Assembly: GCA_951406725.2 (NCBI GenBank)
Contig: OX597814.1
Coordinates: 48,732,001-48,796,000 of the forward strand
From: Octopus vulgaris
Lineage: Eukaryota
Reading direction: 5' to 3'
DNA: 64,000 nt
A program made the position numbers and the translations under genes. Under the pieces are notes generated by a model. It made no database searches. It was not told where the DNA came from and saw only the letters and a program-made list of their open reading frames with translations. Below, piece after piece: positions 1 through 13,340 of the stretch (positions within the stretch are counted from its first letter, which is position 1; each line of letters opens with the position of its first letter).

Positions 1-104
1 AGTATCGTAAGAGACCCTAGATGATCGATCCTGTTAAAGATGAGTTGGTGTCTTGTTCGGTCTGGGACTCAGGTGGCAAAAATCGTCCCACCCAAATTTA
101 TTAT

Positions 105-290
105 GGTGGATTTTGCAGAATCGTTCGAGCCTCAGCCAAATTCCTTGCGGTATCTGTTCCGGATCTCTATGTGCAGAGTTTAATTTCTGCTGAGGTCAAC
201 TTTGCCTTTCATCCTCCCGGGATTGATAAAATAAAGCAGCAGTCAAGTACTGGGGTCGAAGGCATCGTCTAACTTCTCTCCCTTCTATGT
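105..290 (+). mobile_element. Degraded SINE, family A (tRNA-like head, core CTTTCATCCTTTCGGGGTCGATAAA)
   Basis: Matches younger copies at 10452 and 46067 (gcagaatcgtt...gaggtcaactttgcctttcatcc...tactggggtcga). Confidence 0.7.
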
Positions 291-331
291 GGATAAAAAA
301 TCATCATTATTTTTTTTAATGGTAATAACTG

Positions 332-745
332 TTTCAAATTTTGGCAGAAAGCCAGAAATTTTAGGGGAGGATTAAGTTGATTACATCGGCTCCCAGTGTT
401 CAGTTCATACTTATTTTATCGGTTCGAAAGGATCAAAGGCAAAGTCAACCTCGGCACCATTTGAAATCAGAAAACTAGAAGATCGCTAAGCATTCTGTCC
501 GACATGCTAAGAATTTTTTGTAAGCTCACCGCTTTATTGTTAATAGTAAAAACCCCTTCTTCTATAGGCACAAAGCCTGAAATTTGGTAGGAGGAGGCAA
601 GTCGCTTACACTGACCCCAGTGCTCAACAGGTACTTATTCTATTGGCCCCGAAAGGGATGAAAGGCGAAGTCGAACTCAGTGGCATTCGATCTCAGAACG
701 AAAAGACAGGAAATGCCATTAAGCACTATGCCAGTTCGCCACCCT
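332..745 (-). mobile_element. Two degraded family A SINE copies (about 332-536 and 560-745)
   Basis: Each contains the reverse-complement core gaaaggatgaaaggcaaagtc-a-ctc and cccagtg. Confidence 0.7.
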
Positions 746-2329
746 ATCGTTAATAGTAATAAGACAACAAAAAATCTGAAAGCAATTACAAATAATGGAG
801 CAGTGACCTTAACACGGAGGGCTTTTTTCTTATTTTTGTGAATGTTATTCATTAGTCATCTATCGGAATACATAATAAAGATGAGGGTTTCTTGTGAGAG
901 TTTACGCCCTTAGCCCTTGGACATACTCCTAGAGCAGGATTGTATTACAAAAACAAAAGAGGACGTTGACATGGTTGCTATTTTAATATTGGGGATTATA
1001 AGTAATAAACGAGTTGTATAAGTTGATTTGGAAGGAATGATTGAATATGCATGCTGTTTTTTGGTGCAGTGCCTTGTAAAGGATATGTGTATGTGTGCAT
1101 GTACGGATATGTATGTATATATGTATGCATGTACGCACGCACACACAAACACACACACAGCGTGAGAGAGAGAGAGTGGAGTCGTGAAAATTATATTTTT
1201 TCAGTTTGTCAGCATTTTTCTATGCACATTTTAAGGTTGTTTCATCTCCCCGGTATTAAATAAATTAATTAAAATGTCGCCGACGAAAACACATTTTCAC
1301 TAAATCAGAACTCCAATTTCCTCCATCTATAAAAGGATTTTTTAGAAAAATTCCCCTAAAACAGAAATTTCACTGGATTTGTTTCTTCTTTTCTTTTGTG
1401 TGTGGCGATTTTAATTTAGTCAGTTTAAATTGTGCATACCGAGATTTTCTACAGCCCAGCAAACTTCAGCAATACCAGTGAATGTTTTATCCATTGTTTA
1501 CTATATATAGAAGCACGAATTTCATTTCAAGCAAGTGACAATCGAGTGCACAGCATGGACAAGCCTGAAAAAAAAAATAGGCGAAACACGTTTGTCGTTC
1601 TCGTAGATCACTGCAACGACGATGCTCGTCTCGCCCCGCTATATATTTGTATTTTTAACACAAGGCGTTGAAAAGATTCTATCTCAGACAACGCCACAGT
1701 TTCGAGCTTTCTTCAGACGAATTTTGGATGCGGTAAAGCTAGATGCTGATTTTTCCTATTTTTGCAGAATTAATCTCGAGTGAAAATTCTCCACTGAGAC
1801 GGCATATATGAAAATACATTTCGTCTTGGAAGCGAAATTCCTCTCAGGACGATTTCCGCATCGAAAGATCTTCACACGTTCGAGTGTGCTCAAAATAATT
1901 AAATATGACTTTTCAAGAATATATTCTATTCAGCGCTGTGTGTCACACACACGCGCGCGCGCGCACGCACGCGCATACACGAGCAAACTAATGGATGCAA
2001 TGTTCATGACCTGCTAGAAATAGCAGCCAAATCTCACTTATGTCACATTCAACAGTCTTTAAAAAAAAAGGAAAGTTACATTGAAGCATGTATTCTGTAG
2101 ACTGATTTTTAAATAGATACCTTTGATAATTGATCTTCATCTAGAGTAAGCATTTTTGATACGACTTTGGCATAAAATAATAAAACAATTACTAATTTAG
2201 TTGTTTTGATCAAATGAACTATCTGTTCATTGCTATCCGGTCTATCTATGTAGACTGAAAACATTTTGCATGGGACACTTTAACTCTTTTCCTTTTTCGT
2301 TATAGTCTTGGACAATGCACTCCGGCACA

Positions 2330-3100
2330 CCATGGAATCTGAAGTAGGCGTAACTCTTTGTCCCTGCCATGGCTCACATCATCCAGCGTCATACTTCGCT
2401 GACCTCCATTTTACATATTTAATCCCATTCTCCTCCCAAACATGGAGTCAGCTACTATTGAAGTCTGTCTCTCAATAAACCGCTTGAATAAAAGACCATA
2501 CACATTGGCGAAAATACTGGTGTGGGAGATCGTACACTTTCGTCGGGAACCATTGATTTCTGCTGCCTGGGTTCACATATTCGCTCTACCACGACAGATA
2601 TTAACATTCGTAAAGTGATAACATGGTCAGCATCCAACAAGTTATTAAAAATTTGGACAACACCGAAATTGTCATGTGACCTATAACTATGCGTTTCGTA
2701 CAACAGTACAATCTGTTTTGCTTTGCAGGTCTAATGCTCTTAATGTGACCCAACAGCGATCACTAGGCACCACATGCACTCGACTTCTGTGCAAGGTGTT
2801 TAACATCTCTTCTGCCGACCATAAATCAAATAAGTCTCTATATGGAACTTCACCGCCCATCAGCCAGACAAGCAAAGACGGTTAAAATTCGCAAGCCACT
2901 ATTTTCACCGAACAGATTAGCCTGGCATTGTACCTTTTTCTATAACTTCGTGGGGATGTTCAAACCTGGTGATCAGGTCCACATGATGTGTGTCCGTAAA
3001 CTTACTCGGAACACAGGATTATGCACTGTCCCAGAGGTGGCACGCGCAATGACATCTCATACAGACTGGAGGGAAATTTGCTCTCGAATTAGAATCAATG
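2330..3100 (+). pseudogene. Decayed RTE-clade LINE reverse transcriptase C-terminal fragment
   Basis: Broken frames read CLGSHI..DINIRK..WSASNKLLKIW, FRTTVQSVLL and RLLCKVFNIS..HKSNKSLYGTSPPIS. These resemble the RTE fragment at 40066 (IYGKLPPVS). Confidence 0.6.
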
Positions 3101-3176
3101 TCCTCGGCTGATGTGGCATAGACTAAGAAGAATCATCGTATTAGTGTGTACACGCCAGAATATTTACGGACATATA

Positions 3177-3369
3177 CCGTGTATGCCAAAGTATAAGACG
3201 TGCATCTTATAAAAGATTCTCATACGTCTAATGCAACCGTATTGGTGCGAGGATACAGAGTGTAATGGTGTATGATGAAACATGCTAAATTTGTATTTTT
3301 TACAAAATTTACTTGTAAAGTAAGAGTGCGACTTATGCGACAGTGTATCTTATACAGCGGCAAATACAG
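3177..3369. mobile_element. Tc2/pogo-like MITE
   Basis: Imperfect TIRs ccgtgtatgccaaagtataaga / tcttatacagcggcaaatacag, flanked by TA on both sides. Confidence 0.6.
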
Positions 3370-3674
3370 TACTTATTCTTATCGTAATTCCTAGGTTGAA
3401 TCAGTGTGACGTATGGCATGACAAACTGCCCATTTGAATTACAGATACATTTCATCTGACAGAGTTTCAAACTGTTTCCATGGAACCAGTTTCATTCACA
3501 AGGCTGCTGTCGAAGCGGTATTATGATAGAAACAAGAACTGCCCAAGATGCCGCGTAGTGACACGCTGAACAAGTATCTTTTCTTCCCAAGAAACCCGGT
3601 GCATCATGATTGCAAAACAAAAGCTAACTGTTCAATCATACCTGCACCTGCTTAGACAAGCATATACGCAAGGA

Positions 3675-3850
3675 CATTACCGTCTTAAGGCATGGGCACA
3701 CAGGCCATTTGCTCAAGGGCCTCGTGGGCGTAGGAGTTCAATGCTAATCTATATATGCTATCGCCTGCTATCAATAAAAAATACTACAGGGCCAGTGCAT
3801 TGATTTGCCAAGGTGGGGTGGCGGGCTATAATGTTGGTAAGACAGCTCTG
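3675..3850. mobile_element. hAT-like MITE
   Basis: Exact 8-bp TSD CGCAAGGA (3667-3674 and 3851-3858). Imperfect TIRs cattaccgtctta / taagacagctctg. Confidence 0.7.
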
Positions 3851-4165
3851 CGCAAGGACATTCGGTATCACACCCAAGCTAAGGTTTTTTCTTTTTTTTT
3901 TTTTGGGTTTTGCTATCAGCCCTCATGTTGAATGATCTGTAATTTGTGTAAAAATGATAACGCTGTGTGGCTCTAAAGGATATCTCGTGTTTTAGTGAAA
4001 ATCAGTCAAAGCATCTGGCTTCTGTGATCTTGCTTTAAAGTGTATCACTGGCTATCACCTCTGTAGAGATATCACACTGCTGGGGAGCTTTATTGCGTGT
4101 GCGCATGTGTGCGTGAGTGGGTGCGCGCATCCAGGTGTATGTATACACACACACACACACACACG

Positions 4166-4232
<67 letters not shown>

Positions 4233-5435
4233 GCACATACACGCACAAACTATAACTTACACATTCTGTCCCTCACACCAAAGACCACCCCCAACTCACC
4301 ATCATACTTTCTATCTGAGAGCTTATCGACCATTTGCGTGTATGTGTGTGTCCATATGAGAAAGAGAGGAAGATAAATATATAGATATTAGGCTTGATGT
4401 TTATACATATGGCTACAGGCTCATAAACAGACATAGATGTTTGGGTGGATGTACATAAATACATATTCATACACATACACATACACACATTTTCTCTCAC
4501 TTTCTCTGGCACACACATACATATACAAACATACACACCATCTCCCACCCTCTCTCTATCTCTCATGCACCCCATACAAATACATATTGTAGTAATGCAA
4601 GTAGTTTCCAATGTTTAGTTTCCAGTTTGCTTTTATTTACTCGTTTAAGAACTGCAGACATAAACATATGTTTTGTAGAATGCCCCACGATCAACATAAT
4701 TTCCCGTTAAATAATCAGAATCTACGTGATTGTTTCTTTTCACTTCCGTTTTCATTTTAAAGGTGTCGACATAGGAAGCTGTTTGCTTAGATTTATTTTT
4801 GTTAAGGTTTGTCATAAAACTTATTGCCCTTAGCCACTCAGAAAGATTGGACGTTTGTAAGCTAATGCTGGCGCTGGGTTTAGGTTACCAGAAGCGATAT
4901 CAAATGAAGTGGTGTGTGTAAATATTTGCGTCCTGACTTGATAAGCCAACCAAGCCATCGTGCCTTCTTTTGACACAAGCATCTTACTGCCGACTGGCCG
5001 ACTGACTGGCCGACCGGCTGGGAGATGTATGTTAACACATTGAGACACGCCTGTGGGTTTTGCACAGATTGTTTTCTGAATTAGGCTGACCTCTACTAAA
5101 AAAAGAAAAAAATTTATATTCAGGCAAGACCACACACACACATGAAAGAAAACAACCAAAAGTAGTTTAAAAATTGAAGGAAGGGGAATAAAAGGGCCGT
5201 TTGCTTCACACTTTAGTCATCTATTTACTTGTAAAATTTATAGCCATGATCTGCATATACTATACAAACATAATAAATATGTATATAAATGTACTTATAT
5301 GTCTGTGTATATATTTACATGTGTGCATACTTACATGCATGCATCCATCCATCCATCTATACATACATAAAAACATACATACATACATACATACATACAT
5401 TCATACATACATACATACATACATACATACATACA

Positions 5436-5469
<34 letters not shown>

Positions 5470-5568
5470 CTTGTCCATACATACACACACATATATCTAT
5501 AAATGTTTTTTTTTCTCTCTAGTTTCAGCTCAGAGCTGCGGCCATTCTGATGCACCAACGTTTATATA

Positions 5569-6818
5569 CAAGGGTTAGACAAAATAATGGAAACACCTTA
5601 AAATTTCAAACAAATTTATTTTAATGTGGGGTAGGACCAACTTTGGCAGTAATTACTGCTTGAATTCTACGAGGTATGGACTCGTACAAAGTTTGAATTG
5701 TTTCCAAAGGGATTTTTGTCCATTCTTCAGCTACAACAGTCTTCAGTTCTTGTAGTAATGATGGTGAACGATATCGACTCCTTACTTGTTTTTCTAAAAT
5801 GCACCATAAATGTTCAATTATATTGAGATATGGGGGCTGTGGTGGCCAGGTAAGATTTTCAACTTCACTAGAATGTCCCTCGTGCCATTCAGTAACAAAT
5901 TTAGCTGTGTGAATTGATGCATTTTCATCCTGAAAGATAGCATTTCCCACCGGAAACAGTTCCGCAACTATAGGATGAATTTGATCAGATAAAATGCTGA
6001 AACAATCTTGACTATTAATTCTGCCATGATGGGAAACCATTGGGTCGGCGGATTTCCAAGATATAGCCCAACTCCCAGATCATCACAGATCCTCCTCCGT
6101 GTTTAACAGTTGGAAGAAGGCAGTCTGGGTCAAATGCTTCTGTTGGATGTCTCCACATGTATACTTGGCAGGTGGTCCGAAATAAGGTAAAGGACGACTT
6201 TTCCGAGAAAATAACATTCTTCCACTGCTCGAGGGACTAATTCTGTAGGTTTTTACTCCACTCTAAACGATTTGCAACGCTTATTTTTGAAAGTGGTGAT
6301 TTTTCTGATGGCAGCCCTCTCGTGAAATCCGGCTTTGTGCAGCTCCCGGTGAACAGTTTTTGTAGAAACTGCAGTAATTTTGCAAGCTGTACTTTTGTGA
6401 TCCTTTCTAATAATTTGCGGTCCCTATCTGAAAGTTTTGGTTTTCTTCCGGAGTTTGTTTCGACGAGGAGGATTTTCCCTCTTTCTAAAAGGCTGTCGTT
6501 ACTTTCGAGACAGTACTTCTTAATAAACCAAACATTTCGGCTGTTTTCGTTTCACTAGCGCCTGCCATATGACCACTTTACTTTGAAAGTCCGATAGATC
6601 TGTCATTTTAATGATCTTTGAAAGTCTGATAGATCTGTCATTTTAATGAATTTTAATTACATTTTTCTGATGATATCTGAAAAGAAACCAACAATTTTAG
6701 CAAAACATATTAACTTACACTAATAATAAATCAAAAAACATAAAAATAAACAAGCTTTTCACGGTTTTATAGATATTTCAAAATGATGATGCTAGGATGC
6801 TATTTTGTCCAACCCCTG
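5569..6818 (-). mobile_element. Tc1-like (DD34E) DNA transposon with pseudogenised transposase
   Basis: TIRs ca(a/g)gggtt(a/g)gacaaaata with TA at both ends. The ORF at 5621-6040 has FQDENASIH and WPPQPPYLNIIEHLW. The N-terminus MTDLSDFQ carries a 35-bp tandem duplication at 6581-6649. Confidence 0.92.
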
Positions 6819-6872
6819 TATATATATATATATATATATACGTGTGTGTGTGTGTGTGTGTATATGTGTATG

Positions 6873-6957
<85 letters not shown>

Positions 6958-6986
6958 AATGAGAGAGAAACCGCTATTAAGCAATT

Positions 6987-7371
6987 CAATAGTGAAAGAC
7001 GTTATTCACACCATACAGAAAAATAAATATACTATAAAAACCTTATTCTAAAAATCAATATAGTACATAAACAATAAATAGTAAATAGTAGTAAATTGAC
7101 TACGCGCGTTTCGTGGCTATATTTTCAAATAGATAATAATAATAAAATCAATTCAATTATTTTTAAATATAATTAATTTTAGATCGATTTAATTTTAAAT
7201 TGAATTGATTTTATTAGTATATATCTATTTGAAAATATAGCCACGAAACGCGCGTAGTCAATTTACTATTATTTACTATTTATTGTTTATGTACTTTATT
7301 GATTTTTAGAATAAGGTTTTTATAGTATATTTATTTTTTCCGTATGGTGTGAATAACGTATTTCACTATTG
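6987..7371. repeat. Long fold-back inverted repeat with an HHR 3' half on each arm
   Basis: Arms of about 175 bp. GAAACGCGCGTA is at 7245-7256 and its reverse complement at 7101-7112. It lies about 30 bp from a (TA)n tract. Confidence 0.85.
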
Positions 7372-8897
7372 CCAGAGGCTTGAGCGTATTTGTGTGTGAT
7401 TGTACGGCAATCAATAGAATGGCTTTTCGTTTAGATGTTGTCTACAATGTTTGTGTGTGCAGCAAATGTGGAAGCAATGTTCTATTGCAAGCCCCTCTCC
7501 AATTTTGTAGAATGTCAATTAATGTTGATGCACTTCAAAATGGGTTTATTATTTAGACTTAGGAATGGAGTACTTTCTAAAAGATTTCCCCAAAACTGGT
7601 GAATTTAATGCGGTTGATAATCTGCTTGATGTTTGCTAATTTATGTTTGCAGGGAAAATATAGCGAGAGTAGAGTATCGTAACGAGTTGCAGTTCTAATA
7701 GATAGGAGGATTTCAGCGCAGGAAACAGTAAAGACGATAAATATAAAGGCCAAGCATTGGATGACCTTCGTGATAAATTACATATAAAGTACACAAATAT
7801 TAGTATATATGTATTATTCATTGCTAGATTATAAGTGATACCGTTTATCTCGATTTTGGTACGGATGTGCCTGGAAGTTTATATGTCTAAACATCGTTGT
7901 AGGCAATGAGCCAAGTCATTGCCTTCCCCGATACTTCATGCATCAATTTACTCTGTAATCTATTTTTGTCTCAAAATTTCTTCACCTTTTTTCCTTATCA
8001 TTTTACTCTTACATCCTTATTAATCTGTCTATCTGTTGTTCACATTGCATCGAGAACATCTGTCTTACATAATCTCTCTCTAAAGCCATTGTTTTCGGCA
8101 AATTCAACGTTGATAATTCATTTTGATTCTCACTCATCTCGTACATCTACACAACTAGCTGGCTAGCTGATAGTTGAGTCATTTTGAACTCAGCAAGTGT
8201 TACTATTATTGCCGATTCGTATCCCTGATCTACGCACAGACACTTTAAACAAGCTTGATCACATTCCTATCTACAAATTCAGACTTTACCAAGCTAACAC
8301 CTCTTAAGCCATTACTCACCACATATACACAGTACAACCCCACAGTACATCAGTCAACTAACTAGTAAGAACTCCACCAAATTTGGCTATTCTAGGCACC
8401 AAATGTGCTCGCTTCTGATCCATCCAAGACCGTGAATGAAGCAGGTGATCCAAACCATTTTCTAGGGTCTCATTACATTCCTCTCATAAACAAAGCCCAT
8501 AATTCTACATTCACTAAGTAGATTACATGCAGTACTTCAGGCAAAGAAAATGGTCAATGATCTCTGTCTTCCACCCCACTAGCTGTGTGGCTTGTGTCCA
8601 TTTCAACAAAGAAGTGCTACAAAACTAACGTCCTGAAAGCAAAATATGCATTACACCTTCTGCAAGCATTCCAAAACGCACGAAAACCACTTTTCAAAAT
8701 CCTTCCTACTCAGAAAATTGATACTCTGCAATTCCCCTCTTGAACAATAAGATTGGATCTGTCTTCTCTGAGAAGTGCTCAACAAATCGTGAAGCAGTCC
8801 GTCAGAAGACTCACCTTTTCTGCGCATCGAAGGCATATAAGGAATGTGTTTTCATTCTTATAATTTACTACTACAGCTAAAGGCTTTCTAATGTTTA

Positions 8898-8957
<60 letters not shown>

Positions 8958-9753
8958 GATTGATACAGTGTTACGCATAAAGTACATAAAAATTATCAGT
9001 TAAGGGAAATAAGTTATCAATTAAAGGAAGCAAATGAGGAACTCCTCTTCGGAGAAGCGACCCATCAGGAAATTATCTACTCTATTTTCTGCATATCGTA
9101 AGAATAGAAGAATAATTTGTAGTTATAGCTTAAAGCTTTCTTATACCTAAAACTTATTTCACTCCTTTTCGGTGACGCTGTGCTCTGCATAAAATAGAAT
9201 ACATGCTTGCGTGCAGGCGCGCGCGCGCGCTAAAGCGTTGTCAGTTTCTTTCTGGAAAAAATCGAGTGTGGTAAGACCTATAGAGAGATAAGACACACAT
9301 TATTTCATGACGGTGCCCTTACAACTCTATCAAGGTGTTTACTGATAGATACAATCATATATGAATTAAATGAAGCACCGATATAGCGGATATGATATTA
9401 ACGTTATTAGGATAGAGTTACAATTAATATGTTTAATGCATATTTTTATAATAGCTTTGAAAACAACTGAAATTAATCACTGAGTGAACACAATTTGTCT
9501 TTCTGGCTGCTGAGAGCTTGTGGTTTAACCACGATGGTTATTTTACAGCAAGTCCACAAATGTCTATTAAATACATGACCCTTTACAACTTTTATGTTGC
9601 TTACTTTGTGTCGATGTAATTTTGTACACCCAGTTTATTAATAAGTAAAGCTATTTTTGTCAAGCTATGTAAATATGGTCTGGCCTAGACTTATACATAT
9701 ATTTATCATAAAGTAATTTTCACAATGCTTTCTTAGTAGATAGGTAGAGACTA

Positions 9754-9811
9754 ATCGAATCCTGATGATGACTTTAACATAAGCCGAAACTAATTAATTA
9801 ATCGACTTGAT
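9754..9811 (+). ncRNA. Degenerate type I hammerhead ribozyme motif
   Basis: atcgaatc-CTGATGA-t-gactt..aagcc-GAAA-ctaattaatta-ATC-gacttgat. Stems I and II are imperfect and stem III is near-palindromic. Confidence 0.65.
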
Positions 9812-10451
9812 CTTCCTTGTTGAGAAGCTTGTAGCTTAACTATGGGTTTTTTTTAACCGTATTATTGTAACTTTGTTTACAATTTTGTGATGTATGTGTG
9901 AGTTTGTGGGTGTGTATGCACGCGTCACTCTTCTCCACCCAGTTCCACTCACGTCACACTACAAAAATTATACATAATTACTGTCTCTTTATATTCTAAT
10001 CTGCTTTTGTTTCGTATTTCAAGTACTATTCAACAACGTACAAATAGTACTCAACAAGAGACAAGCACCACTCGCTGATAATACCCGTTACCTTCTGGTT
10101 CTTTTTGTCTTACCGCTTACTTTACTTGTTCCTTTATGTTTTCTTCTCTCTTTTTCCTCGAATCTTTCTCACCCTCTCTCATTTATATAATTATGAAAAA
10201 GAAAAAAGTTTGGAGGCTTTCTTTTCGCAGCTGTGTGTATTCGTTTATGAAATAATTTCAGTCATTTCTATCATTTGACACACGATTAAAGAAGTGTACT
10301 TTTGTTGCACTTAAGGAAAAGATGTAGAAGAACTGTAGCGTATCGTATAGTTAGAGTGATGATCAGCAACCGGTATTGCAATGAGTCCCTAACTAAGACA
10401 CATTAGTGCTAACAGTCCTGTCTACCGAGATATAAATTACATAAGATTGTG

Positions 10452-10872
10452 GGGAGAGTTGCAACTGGCAGAAACGTTAGCACGGCGGGTGAAATGCTTA
10501 GCGGTATTTCGTCTGCCGCTACGTTCTGAGTTCAAATTCCGCCGAGGTCGACTTTGCCTTTCATCCTTTCAGGGTCGATAAATTAAGTACCAGTTACTCA
10601 CTGGGGTCGATATAATCGACTTAATCTGTTTGTCTGTCCTTGTTTGTCCCTTCTGTGTTTAGCCCCTTGTGGGTAATAAAGAAATAGGTATTTCGTCTGC
10701 CGCTACGTTCTGAGTTCAAATTCCGTCGAGGTCGACTTTGCCTTTCATCCTTTCGGGGTCAATAAATTAAGTACCAGTTACTCACTGGGGTCTATATAAT
10801 CGACTTAATCTGTTTGTCTGTCCTTGTTTGTCCCCTCTGTGTTTAGCCCCTTGTGGGTGGTAAAGAAATAGG
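10452..10872 (+). mobile_element. Family A SINE with a head-to-tail 184-nt duplication
   Basis: The unit at 10503-10686 is repeated at 10687-10870. The junction reads aaagaaata|ggtatttcgtc. Confidence 0.9.
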
Positions 10873-11019
10873 TTGTAGAGGATGGTAATCATAGTGAGCA
10901 TTCTGCAACATGTGTTTCCTTATTTGCAAGGATATATTCAAATATTCCCGTAAGCAAGAACTTTAATGGTTTCATGAAAAGAAAGGAGTTACACCCATGT
11001 CCTACAGAAGCTCTAAGAG

Positions 11020-11280
11020 ACTGTCGAGTTTCATGTTGTTGATGTTCACATTGAACAGTTACAAGTTGACAAGTGTAGGAAAAAACGTGAACAAGTAGTG
11101 AGTTCCAGAGGATTGGCGATTTGGATAGGAATGTAATTGCTTTGAGCCCTGGAAGTGACGACACAGTATGACTGACGGAAGAGGAGAGACAAATGTGTCG
11201 AATGAACTTAGCTAGCTCCGAGGCTCTGTGATAGAAAAGCAGAACGAGGAGACAGTGAATTTTTGGCTACAAGTTAACGT
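11020..11280 (-). pseudogene. CR1/L2-like LINE 3' ORF remnant
   Basis: ILWNSLLVHVFS resembles the LWNSLP C-terminal motif of CR1/L2 ORF2. Confidence 0.4.
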
Positions 11281-12777
11281 ATATTGGTGAGTTAGTAAGT
11301 CGGGTGGATCTGGCGAGGTGCAGTCTAAAATGTATGCACAGCAACAGCTTCAATCCAGGTGTGAGAGAAAGTTTTGTTTTTATTTTTGTGGATCTCATTC
11401 GCTTAAGTATTTTCGGATTTTGAAAAGAAAGTCTAATCAACGAGTATTTTTCGTTGTTGTGAATGTAAGAATTGCCTAGAAAGATCACCAGACATTGAGG
11501 TCTTGCATTTGTAGCGTCTTCGATGGTATTTAGCGTTCAGGATGGAGTATAAAATAGTTTACACTTGTAATTCAGTCGGCAATAAATATATAACTAGGGG
11601 TGCGCTATTTCGAGATATTAACCAAGTAGAAGCACCACTGATTGACTATGTTTTAAGCTGGAGTTTTTGCAACACATTCTTGTATGTGACACTTGCCTCT
11701 AAGAAGCGGTATATGACGTGCATTTGCTAACCGAAAATGAAAAGTAGGCGTCGACAAGAAGCATTAAATCCGTGAATAAAATTCTCCCAAATCATAATTA
11801 AAATCTTGGATTCCATTCACAAAATAGTGATCCTGTTACTAACCAAAACAAAAATATCCTCAGAAAATAATAAACTAAGGATATTTTATAAAGAGAAATA
11901 TTTCATTTTCTGTCTCCAGAATTTTTGTTTCACGTTTTTAATGGTCTGGTAACTCCTTTCTCAGTGTCAACTGGTAACTGACCATTGCCAACATCGAAGT
12001 AAAACGACTGCGAACAGAATCGGGAAGAAATATCTATTATATGCAACTCACATGTTGGGAGAAAGATGAAGGTTTTCCTCTCACTTCCAAGTACAGGATT
12101 CTTCGCGACATGCTCTTAATTCATCAGCAATTGTATCTATTAGAGTGGTTGAAATCACCAGACAGCAAAACTATAACTATTTCTATGACTTTACTGAGAT
12201 CTCGTATGATGCAAACGAAAGTCATAAATGCAAGTGTATAAGACATTGTGCACTTACCTCATATTTTCAATTTGACCTGCTTCAAAAACCCTGCTTTTTT
12301 TTTTTTTTGTCTGAAATCAACCGAGAGTGAGTTGCAATTGTTGAATGTTATAAACACTTGTCTAAAAATCTCTTGATTGTGAGCTGCAGTTGCAATTCGT
12401 CCTGCAGAAGCTGCACAAAATCCTTGCCAGCTATGAACTGCATAGTATTTTTCAATGAAGTAGTTAAGTGCCTCTTTGTATATGACAAGGGTTAACTCTA
12501 GATATAGGGATTATAATTTTTGTTGTAATTGGTACAGTATCTCTATTGCCATGCTGTATTTGTGGTTATGCCAAAATGCTGAGGACTGAGTAGTGAAAAG
12601 GCACAGAAAATGATAGCACAGTGACTCTTCATTTTGCATGGAGAATGCAAGCCTGAAAACACTTCCAATTGATATCTTTTCTGACACGTTTCGCGGTATT
12701 TTTCGCAGACATTAGCAGCTGTTTTTAGAACTTGAAATGGTCTGAGATTCAAATTTATTGCTAAATTTCGTAAGTTA

Positions 12778-12975
12778 ATAGAATCGTTAACACGTCGGGC
12801 AAAATGCTTATCTACATTTCTTTCGGCTCTTTACTTTCTAAGTTCAAATCCCTCCGAAGTCAATTTTACCTTTCATCATTTCAGAGTTAATACAATAAAG
12901 CACCAGTCACATACACCAGTGTAATCGACTAACACCCTCCACTCTTAAGATAGCAGGCCTTGTGCCAAAATTTCT
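12778..12975 (+). mobile_element. Degraded family A SINE
   Basis: gaatcgttaacacgtcgggcaaaatgctta...agttcaaatcc...cctttcatc. Confidence 0.65.
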
Positions 12976-13340
12976 AAATTGCCGAAGTTTCTCTTTTTAA
13001 TACTTTATCTTTAAGCGGTTTCAAATTCTTTAATCTTTCATTGTTTCTTATTTAAATTTGTATATAATGATGTCAGACTTTGTTTACTTCATTCACTCTA
13101 TTATTATCTGTAACAATTCTGGCAAGCTATTATATTTCACACAAAATTTACAGAAACTTTTTATTGGAACGCTAACATTAAAATCCCTCATGAAAAAAAT
13201 GGTTGTACAGTTTCAGGTACTATGCAAAGAAAAATAATTTATTCTTTCATAGTTTCATGTTTAAAGTTATTCATGCTTCAAAATCAAATAATTTTTATTA
13301 TTATTATTATTATTAGGTATTATAACCTACGAATGGAATT

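Noticed and set aside
1690-1722. Minus-strand CTGAAGA-aagctc-GAAAC
   Set aside because: No viable stem II or stem I.
6668-6690. CTGATGA...GAAA in the Tc1 leader
   Set aside because: No supporting stems I-III.
9195-9276. Possible Inr (TCAGTT) plus splice donor (GTAAGA); a similar minus-strand pattern lies at 48816-48870
   Set aside because: Short motifs like these are expected by chance, and no linked coding exon was found.
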